DNA of 64,000 nt from contig NC_087437.1 in NCBI RefSeq assembly GCF_036321535.1, positions 71,736,001-71,800,000 on the forward strand, read 5' to 3'. This DNA is from Camelus dromedarius. Its lineage: Eukaryota. This document shows, piece by piece, positions 54,957 to 64,000 of this stretch. The first letter of the stretch is position 1, and each line of letters starts with the position of its first letter. Made by a program: the position numbers and the translations under genes. The notes beneath the pieces are model-generated. The model worked only from the letters and a program-made list of their open reading frames with translations. It made no database searches and had not been told where the DNA came from.

Positions 54957-55160
54957 ATCAAAGAACTGATTGTCACTTTTGATGCAGAACTCCGTCTCCT
55001 GAGACATCAGAAACTGAAACTAGATACTCAGATGAAATTATCTGACCTGCACCATGTCACGTTATTTCAGGAAATACTTCTCCTCAAGAATTTTGAAAAA
55101 CAGGAGAACATACTTCAAGAGCGTGTTAATTCATTAGACAAAGAGGAACAGGACATGCAG
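54957..55160 (+). CDS. CFAP44: exon 19 (IKELIVTF...EQDMQ), 204 nt
   Basis: ctcag|ATC ... CAG|gtaaga; coiled coil. Confidence 0.93.
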
Positions 55161-56166
55161 GTAAGAATGGGCAGAAGAACGCTAGCTGGCTACACCCTTA
55201 GTTAGGGGAAGAACTTGATCCTTCTTTCTTCCTCTTCTCAACTTAATTTCCCTCCTTGTTCGAGTCCACATCTCTTTCTGCCTTCTTTTCCGCCTCCTTT
55301 TCCCTGTTAATCTTGCTTGTTCTCTGTTTTGGGTGTCCATGGTCAGAGAATCTGTATGTTTTATGATTTTGAATCCTGTTTGAATCATATTTTTTTTAAT
55401 GAATTTGATTTGATATTTTGTAAGGTAGGAGAATAAAGTTTTTCAAAGTGAGCCTTATATTTGGTTTACCTATGGATTTCAAAATTCAGAAGTCGGTATA
55501 TTTTTGTTGTCACTAGCTGTCTTATGAAGTTTATTGTTGATTATATATTATCCTTATGAACATACTTGGAAAAGAAGCTAGTGAATTTCCTAAATATGAG
55601 AGCTAGTTTCAGAATAATATATAATTGAATAGCATAGGAAATTTTCTTTTTTGTTTTATATATATAATGTTAAATTTAAAGAGGTCAATTATACCATCTT
55701 TCTTGATGTTAAAGGAAGAAGGATTCTATTAAATAGATAAGACATACTCAATAGTGACATTAAATTTTAGATACATCAGCTTCATCAAGAGATGATGTGC
55801 CTTTTTGTTTTAGTTATCTTGATAATGAAAGAAAAAACTTTTTTTGAGACTACTTATGGAAAAATACTACCTGACATCCTCATATCAGTAAAATTTTCAA
55901 TTTATTTAATTTAGATTTTTTGAGGAAGTTAAACATCAGAAAATCGATCCTGTCTGATTCTGAACTTACTGACTTTTACAAAAGAATTACAAAATTTTAA
56001 CCAAATAAGTGAATGACTCTGCAAACATCAGGAATGTAAACTTCTATTAAGAAGCTTTAAAAAATGTTTGTCAACTGTAGACTTACATTGTAACGTGCAA
56101 TGTTCTCTGAACCCAGTTTATCAGAAATATTGCATTTATCATTTGTTCTTGTTTCCGTTCATTTAG

Positions 56167-56362
56167 TGGAAAATAAATGAAACTCTTAAAGAGATGGAAG
56201 AGAAGAAGAATGAAGTTGCCAAGCTCCAGGAGCAAGAAAAGGCCCTCTATGCTGGTTTCCAAGCAGCTCTTGGAGAAAACAATAAATTTGCTAACTTCCT
56301 CATGAAGGTATTAAAGAAGAGGATTAAGCGGGTAAAGAAAAAGGAAGTTGAAGGAGATGCTG
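56167..56362 (+). CDS. CFAP44: exon 20 (WKINETLK...VEGDA), 196 nt
   Basis: tttag|TGG ... CTG|gtttgt; phase 0/1. Confidence 0.91.
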
Positions 56363-56587
56363 GTTTGTATTTCTTTCTTACATATGATCCTATTTTTTTT
56401 CTCATTAGGATGAAGGAGAGTGATAACTAAGAGACATACTACACACCTTTTTTCTCACTACAACATAGACATTGTAGAGGCACTATGGGGTTAAAGAGGA
56501 GAGGAAATAAACCTTTAGGTCTCTGACCATATGGGCTATGTGTGTGCGTATCTGGTATGAGATAGCAAAGGGTAGTTTTGTTTAATA

Positions 56588-59357
56588 AGCACATCTTTTC
56601 ATGTGTTTATTTGCCAACTGTATATCTTCTTTGGTAAAATGTCTCTTCGTGTCTTTTGTTCATGTTTGAATAGGATTGTTTTCTTTTATATTGTTGAGTT
56701 TTAAGAGTTCTTTATCCTACATACTAATCCTGTGTCAGATATGTGGTTTGCGAATATTTTCTCCTGGTCTGTACCTTGTCTTTTCATTCCCTTAACAAAG
56801 TCGTTTGCAGAGCAGTAGTTTTGAATGTTGTCAATGTCAGTTTTTCCTTTTTTGGATCTTATTTTGTTGTCAAGTCAAAGAGCTCTTTGACTAGCCCTAG
56901 GTCCTAAAGATTTTCTCCTATTTATTTTTCTAAAAGTTTTAGAGTTTTATATTTAACACTTAAGTCCATGATCCATTTGGAGTTAATTTTTTGTATAAAG
57001 TGTGAGACTTAGGTCAAGGTTATTTTTTTTTCCTCCTCCTAGGAATGTCCAGTTGTTTTAACACCATTTGTTGAAACAGCTGTATCTCTTCCATTGAATT
57101 GCTTTTGATCTTTAGAAAAATCATTTGGGCCTATTTGTGTGGATCTGTTTCTGGGTTTTCTATTCTGTTCTAGAATATGTGTGTATCTCTTCACCAATAG
57201 TAATGTCTTGATTATAGCAGCTATTGAGTTCTGACATCATGTAAACTAATTCCTCCAATTTTATTCTTTTTTTTTTTCAAAATTGTTTTAGCTATTCTAG
57301 TTCCTTTATATTTTCATATTTTAGAATTTTTTATATCTACAAAAAATCTTGTTGGAATTTTGATAGAAATTATGTTAAACCTTTATATCATTTTAGGGAG
57401 AATTGGCATCTTTACTATGTAGAGTCTTCCAGGCATGAACACAGTGTTTATCTGAAACTTGGATTTCTGTCACCAGCTTGTATCGTTTTCAACATCCAGT
57501 TCACGTTCATGTTTGTTAGATTGACACCAGAATATCTTCTTTTTTGAGTGATTTTAAATGCTATTTTCTTTTTAATCTTGGGGTCCACATATTCATACTA
57601 GTATATAGAAATACAATTTCTTTTTAGGTGTTTATCTTTTATGTTGTGACCTCACTTATTAGTTTTAGGAGTTTTTGATAGATTTCTCGGGAATTTCTAT
57701 CTGTATAAAGGGGCAGTTTTATTTTTAAATTTCTGATCAGTATGCCAATTACCTTTCCTTGCTTATTGCACTGTTAAAACTTCCAGTACTATGTTGAAAT
57801 AGAGTGCTGAGAGCCAACATCCTTTCCTTATTTCCATCTTAGCAAAGGAGAGCATTTGATCTTTCACTCATTAAGTATGCTACCTGTACCATTAAAACAC
57901 AACTGTAGGTGTCTCATAGATATTCTTTACCAAGTTGAGGAAATTCTTTCTTGTTCCTACTTTTCATGAATTTTTATCATGAATGTTAGATATTACATTA
58001 TAGTCCCATAGTTCCCTGAGGCTCTGGGGTTTGGGCTCTGTTTTCTTTCTATTGTTCAAATTGGCTAATTCCTGTTGTCCTGTCTTCAAGTTCATTGCTT
58101 CATTTCTCTGTCCTCTCCCATCTGCTATTGAGCCCATCCATTAGATTTTATCCTAATTACTGCATTTTTCAGTTGTAAATTTTCCATTTAGCTCTTCTTT
58201 ATATAAAAAATAAATAGGCTGAGACTTTATTTCTTTGAGGCATTGTATTTTTTCATTTGCTTCAAGTGTGTTTATAATTGCCTGTTGAATCATTTTTATC
58301 ATGACTATTTAAAATACTTTGTCAGGTAATTCTAACATTTGTCTTCTTACTGGACATTTACTGGTTGTCTTTGCTCATTCAGTTGGAGGGTCTTCCTGGT
58401 CCTTGGTATGGTGAGTGACTTTCAGTTGAAACCTGGAAACTTTCATGTTATGTGTGAGACTCTGTCTCTTATTTAGATCTTCTGGCTTATACTTGGGTTT
58501 CTCTAACACTGTTCTGCCAGAGAGAGGAATGGGTGCCTACTTCCTACTGCCAGGTGGAGGTACTCAGTCTAATTGTCGCCCAAGGGAAGGGAGCTCTCCT
58601 TGTTACTGCTGTGTGCAGGTGGGAGTTCTAGCTCCCCACATAGTCTCTGCTGACAATGTGGTGGAGAAGGCCTTGGCACCTCGGGGCAATGGTGAACGTC
58701 CTGACTCTTTACGAGGGCTCCTCTGACACCACCTCTGCAGGGCGGGGGAAGAGAACCTGTCACTGCCATCTGAGAGTGGAAGTCTGAGCTACCTGTGTGG
58801 TCTCCACAGAGATCTTGGAGTGGGGAGTTGGGGGAGGGGGGAGGGGACTGGTTACCAGTCAACAGGAATAAATGTCGTTGGTGCTTACTTGGCCTTTTCT
58901 GACACCATTCTAGTGGCAGTGGTGGGGTGCCTCACTCCAGCTTGGCAAAGGTGGATGTCTAGTCTCCCACTTGGCCTTTGCTGATGGGGATGCAAGTAAG
59001 ACTACAGTTTGTTTTTTTCCTGTGGTGTTTTTTCAAGTTTTCTGCCTTCTTGGCTGCTCTTTCCTGGTTGTTTGCCTAGAGAGAGCAGGTTCTTGTTGGC
59101 TTTTCTGTATCTGCACCTGTCAGTGTTTCAGGTTGCTGACTTAGCCTTCTCCACCTCTGAGATACAAAAGGAGACCCAAGGAACTCACCACAGTGCTGTT
59201 CTTCAGGGGCCAAGGTGCATAGTAGGTCTACTGTCTTCTTTCTGGTTTTCAGAATCTTCCTGTGTTTACTTTACATATAGTATCCAGGGTTTTTAGCTGT
59301 ATTTAGTGGGAGAAATAGGGAAAGGTAGAGCGACTTCATCTCCCTGAAATCACAAGT
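56588..59357 (-). mobile_element. old L1 (L1MD-like) with internal deletion and 5' region
   Basis: colinear with 37783-40870. Confidence 0.7.
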
Positions 59358-59540
59358 TTATTTCATAAGGTGGTACAGATCACTTAAAGTAATTTTAAGA
59401 AACATCTTAAATTTAAAAAGTCTTCTAGAGAGCATGAGGTCCACTTCTTATCTCTAATTTGATGTTCCATAAAATAGAAAATTGCCAATCGGTAATCTAT
59501 GGTTCATAGATGGACTCAAGTTATTTTAAAAGAAAATGGG

Positions 59541-59739
59541 ACTAGCTACTGTATATAAAGTAGATATACAAGAAGTTTCTTCTGTATAGCACAGGGAACT
59601 ATATTCAATATCTTGTAGTAACCTATAATGAAAAAGAATATGAAAGTGAATATATATGTATATGTATGTCTGAAGCATTGTGCTGTACACCAGAAATTGA
59701 CACAACATTGTAAACTGACTGTACTACGATAGAAAAAAA
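59541..59739 (+). mobile_element. L1 3' end
   Basis: gtatagcacagggaactatattcaatatcttg...acattgtaaactgactgtact followed by an A tail. Confidence 0.8.
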
Positions 59740-59854
59740 GTGGGGCAGAGTTGAGTGGGGGAGGTCTGCAATTCCTTATCCAAAACTAATGGGGGCAGAT
59801 GTATTTTAGCATTCACAATTTTTTATATTTTATAAAAGATATTACATATGTCAT

Positions 59855-60316
59855 TGTTAAGGAAAAAAAAATTCATGATACTTGTTAAAGAACAATAAGG
59901 CAGGCTTTATTCAAGGGGACCACTCTAATGGGATTTTATAGGAGGGGAGAGAGATCAATCAGTTCAGCTCTGAATACAACAAGGATAAGTGGAGATTTAT
60001 AGTTGAGGAGCAAGGTGGGGGGCAGTGGATGGAAAATTATTAAGAGGTAGCGTAATTCTGTGCTAAACTGACCTAACAGGAAACACCCTTTGCTGAAGGT
60101 AAGCCAGGGTGATATGACACTGAAGGCAGAGAATAAGAGATTTGATCAGATATCAAAGGTGGGGATTTTAACTAAACTGATTTAGCAGGATTCGTGCTAA
60201 AACTGGACTGAATGGGCCAAGGACAGAGCCCAAGGTCAAGGCCTAGTTAGAAAGAGTACACTTTCCAGTTAGAAAGAGCCTGACTCAAGTTTGGCCAAAG
60301 GAGAGAGTCTTTCTAA
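59855..60316 (-). mobile_element. ERV solo LTR (MER90/MER110-like)
   Basis: reverse complement begins aagactctctcctttggccaaacttgagtcaggc; AATAAA on the minus strand near 59905. Confidence 0.6.
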
Positions 60317-60786
60317 ACTAACACCACCAGCAGGGTTTGGTGTAGAATCTGTAAATCAAACATCTTAATACTTCTGCAGCAAGACATGAATATTCACAGT
60401 AAGTAGGTTAAATAAAGATTATAAATAGCATTACCAGTCATGAAAATCTGTTTTCAGATCCCTGTGATGTAGGAATTGTGGACTACATAACATAACCAAG
60501 TGTGTGTTAGGTGGGGCACAGCATAGGCAGCTTGGCAGCTTGGTCTCAACCCTCTGACTTAAAGCCTTGAAATTAATTGCACGACCTTCTGCAGGCATTT
60601 GAGTTCATAGTCTCTGAGTTCCTAACCATTTTAAATTCTTTTAAAAAATATTGAGTAATTTCCTGCTTAATCTTTGTTTCTTCCCTAGAGACAAACTCAT
60701 TGAAAAATAATTTATTTTTAATATCTGGGACTTAGCTTGGCAGAGGAATGCCTCTGCTTATTAACAATATTTCCCTCTCTCCTTAG

Positions 60787-60897
60787 ATGAAGATGAGGAA
60801 AGTGATGAGACAAGTGAAGAAGAATCCGGCTTGGAGAGTGACGAGGATGAGTCTGTATCTGAAGATGAGGTTTTTGATGATTCTATCTGCCCAACAC
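60787..60897 (+). CDS. CFAP44: exon 21 (acidic DEDEESD...ICPT), 111 nt
   Basis: cttag|AT ... CAC|gtaagt; phase 1/1. Confidence 0.92.
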
Positions 60898-61192
60898 GTA
60901 AGTTGGATAAAACCAGGCATTCTCTGTGAAGTGTGAATATGGACTGACAATACCTAAAAGGTCATTTTCTTGGTTTCTCACTTGTCTCATAATAAAATGT
61001 AAGGAAAGGACGGTTTAATAGGAATGATATACAGTCTCATGAATACTTTTGGAGCCTCTCTGGACCATTTATTTCCTGTTTCTTGAGGCAACCATTTGTG
61101 AGTGCCAAATTAAATAACCTGCAGACAAGCTATAGTCAGTTCAGAGTCATAAATTATGCACCAAAGTTTCACTTTATTAGAGAAACAGAAGA

Positions 61193-61311
61193 TGTATATA
61201 TATATATGTGTGTGTGTATAAAATACGTGTGTTTATATGTATATGTGTGTATATATGTATGTGTATGTATATATGTGTGTATGTGTGTATGTATGTGTGT
61301 GCATATATACA
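61193..61311. repeat. (TA)n/(TG)n degenerate microsatellite
   Basis: directly visible. Confidence 0.88.
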
Positions 61312-62664
61312 TAAAGCACTCCCTTTTTGCCAAATCATTCAGTTTTCATATTTCAAACCTGTTTTGTAAGGGCAATTTTTACCAGTTTCTTGGAGGTGCT
61401 TGGCAGCTTATATTCACTGTTTTCACTGGTGATACCAGTCTGAAATATCCTTATGGTCCAGTATTCTTACAGTCCAGACCAATATCCTTACAGTCTCAAT
61501 AGACGAATGATTCAGTAGGAAAAAAAAAAACCAAACTATTTCTTTTTGATCTCAAATGATCTTCCTAGATATTTTATATAAATTATAAATCAAATTTTAA
61601 AGCTTAATGTCAAATAATACTTAAATCTTGTTTTGATTTGGAAAATAAGAGTCTCCTTAAAATCATATTTATGAGTAGAAGAGAGCTAAAAAATCTTGTA
61701 ATGCGACTTGTTATTTTATAGCAGGATTGAATGGCTTGAACAAAGGCTCACAGTTAATTTAGTGGTAGAACTGGGGCTAGACCTAAGTTCTAAGTTCAAT
61801 GGTAATACTGTTATATTTTCACATTCTTGATCAATTACTTGGTGGATAAATGTGGCTATTAGTGTCAGTGTCACGATACCATGTACACATACACACCGTA
61901 TGCAGAGAGAGCTGATGGCTACTCTGAAGCTTTATTACGTTGCACAGTCTTATATAGAAAAGAAGAATGACAAGGGAAATGGTTAACAGGCAGTGTCTGG
62001 CTCAAGGTCAGAAGACCCTTTATGTTTTGGTAAATCATGTCCGTGTCGGCACTAGCGAGCCTTACAGCTTATCAGGGCGGAATGTATGAGAAACGGCTGC
62101 TTCACAATACTCTTCTTGGACTCAGGCGGCTTTGCCTGTCTTAGGTTGCCACCCTCTGGGGATCTTACCCGTCCTTGGCTAACCAGCCTTCTCACCTCTG
62201 AGTCTGCAGCTTTTTATAACTTGTTTACCATTCTGGCCCAAGGCTCGTTACTTTGTTCCCACAGTTGGGGGCCTACAGTTAGTGTGATAATAGTGGAAAT
62301 TAATATAGAGATACTGTATTGAATCTCATTCTATCACATATCAGCATGTGACCTGAGACTTAACAGTTGTCACCTATAAAATGGAAACAATGGTTTCTAC
62401 ATCGCAGGGGCTGGATCTCTTGAATGAGATAATGTACATAAAAGGGCTAGCACCAAGGACTGCTCAAAACGTCCATGCTAGTATTATAAGTACTACCATG
62501 CTTATTAACACCATTAATTTCTACCTGGAGTCATTTCTCCCTGGAGCCCTAAGTGTAATGGAACCTTGCTAGAGAAGATCCACAAATCGTCATTAGTAAT
62601 TCTAAAGCTCCAAAGTCCACACTTACAATATTACTACATTCCCCAACAAGTGGGGCTGCTTTTT

Positions 62665-62843
62665 AATTTTTTTTAATTTTTCCAAATTTTTATTTATTTA
62701 ATTTTTTTCCTGAAGATGTGATTTTCTTTTGGGGGGTAAGTCAGTTTGTTTGTTTGTTTATTTAATGGAGGTAGTGGGGATTGAGCCCAGGACCTCGTGT
62801 GTGCTAAGCATGCACAATTCCACTGAGCTATCCCCTCCCCCAC
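62665..62843 (-). mobile_element. vic-1-like SINE
   Basis: TSD gggct(g/a)cttttt at ~62653-62664 and 62844-62855. Confidence 0.85.
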
Positions 62844-62875
62844 GGGCTACTTTTTTATTTTGACTGTCATTTCAG

Positions 62876-63006
62876 ATTGTGACATGGGTCTCTTTGAACT
62901 GGCCATTCAACTTCGAGAGAAAAGGCTGGACATTGAAGAGGCCTTAGTTGAAGAAAAGAAAATTATTGATAACCTCAAAAAGGAATATGATACATTGTCC
63001 AAAAAA
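62876..63006 (+). CDS. CFAP44: exon 22 (HCDMGLFE...TLSKK), 131 nt
   Basis: ttcag|AT ... AAA|gtatgt; phase 1/0. Confidence 0.92.
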
Positions 63007-63199
63007 GTATGTTGGTCTGCCTTCTTCAGTTCTGTTTATCCTCTCCCCCAGCGCCACCTCCTTCTAGCTCTAACATTGCTATTTCGTAGCCGTGACATGA
63101 GTTAGGACTTCTTGTAAGAGAAGAGACTCCTCCAATGTTACATCCATTTACAGTTGTGGTGGGGGCCATTGCTTTTTTGATGGTTGAAACTTTCTTTAG

Positions 63200-63476
63200 C
63201 TAAATCATTGACCCTCAAAAATTTTTTGATTACATACTTCTATAAGTTAAAAAATTGTGGAGCACATATACCTACAATAAATGTACATTTATTTATAGAT
63301 TATATTTGCAAACGATTGTTCTAATGTATTTTGTATATTATGACACATTTGCCAAAATGGAAATGAAAAAGAATAAGATAAAAATAAATAAAATCGAAAC
63401 TCTATTTTCTTTCTGGACCCCAGCAGATCACTTTGACATGCTGGGGGCACGTGTGTGCCATGTCAGAGACCACTAA
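63200..63476. mobile_element. possible hAT-Charlie DNA transposon remnant
   Basis: AT-rich body ending gagaccact, a Charlie-like terminus; family uncertain. Confidence 0.35.
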
Positions 63477-64000
63477 GCTAAACTTTCTGTGTAATTATAT
63501 TGATTGATTTCTGCTATATCTGCTCAGTTTTCCTCTTAGGCACTCTTTCCTAGAGCAACATCACTTAACTTGACTCATACTCAGAAATATTTTTGATAGA
63601 TTGCTTCTCCTCTTGCAAAAAGGATATGATTTAGAAGATTTTCAAGTTTCGTAGGAGATGAAGCATGTGCTTTAGAAATACTATAGTGAGTAGTTTCATC
63701 ACTTTAAAAGGCTTTCTCCTCTAACTTATTGCGCTTATTATGACCCAATGAGATCTGAACCATTCCAGGGTGGGACATGTCTTCTGAGCTTTCATTCACA
63801 AAAACCTCTACAGCTCTGGGGTCACAGGAACGACTGAAAAAATGCTGTGGATCCTGACTTAGCTGGAAGGGAGTAACACACATTCCTGGGCTGCAAACTG
63901 ATCATCCATTTAATCACAGCCCAACACGGCAGACTCTGTCATGCTCTGGCTTCCTCCCAAATGGCTTCATTTACCACCCTGGGTATGTATTCACTGAATC

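Larger units (their letters stand above)
1578..63006 (+). other. CFAP44: CFAP44/WDR52 gene body (partial; 22 internal coding exons, both ends outside window)
   Basis: 22 AG/GT-bounded exons join into one uninterrupted 1246-codon frame. WD40 motifs ([65 protein letters not shown]) are followed by E/K-rich coiled coils; peptides recognised as CFAP44. Confidence 0.95.

Noticed and set aside
58820..58847. G-quadruplex-forming G runs
   Set aside because: Lies within an old L1 5' region; a common motif with no evidence of function.
61423..61497. Degenerate repeats containing ATATCCTT (U12-type donor-like)
   Set aside because: A local short duplication with no associated exon; the flanking exons join through GT-AG with matching phase.

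Overview
Mammalian genomic DNA, most likely from a camelid, judged from eight copies of a tRNA-derived SINE resembling vic-1. The whole window lies inside one + strand gene, CFAP44 (WDR52), a cilia/flagella axonemal WD40 plus coiled-coil protein. I traced 22 internal GT-AG coding exons (1578-63006; 3738 nt, 1246 codons). Every splice phase matches and there are no stops; the start and stop codons lie outside the window. Introns are packed with mostly antisense L1s, L2/MIR, MaLR/ERV LTRs, Tigger/hAT fossils and SINEs, and nearly all other ORFs in the track are repeat-derived or chance. I found no clearly new biological system. The most interesting signals concern isoforms: an intron read-through giving VSLK-stop with the stop inside AATAAA (candidate WD40-only isoform), candidate internal starts for a coiled-coil-only product, and an exon whose first 7 bases regenerate the upstream donor (re-splicing candidate). 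There are also several unusual micro-retroinsertions. Exon numbers are window-relative; repeat family names and human comparisons are from memory and unverified.
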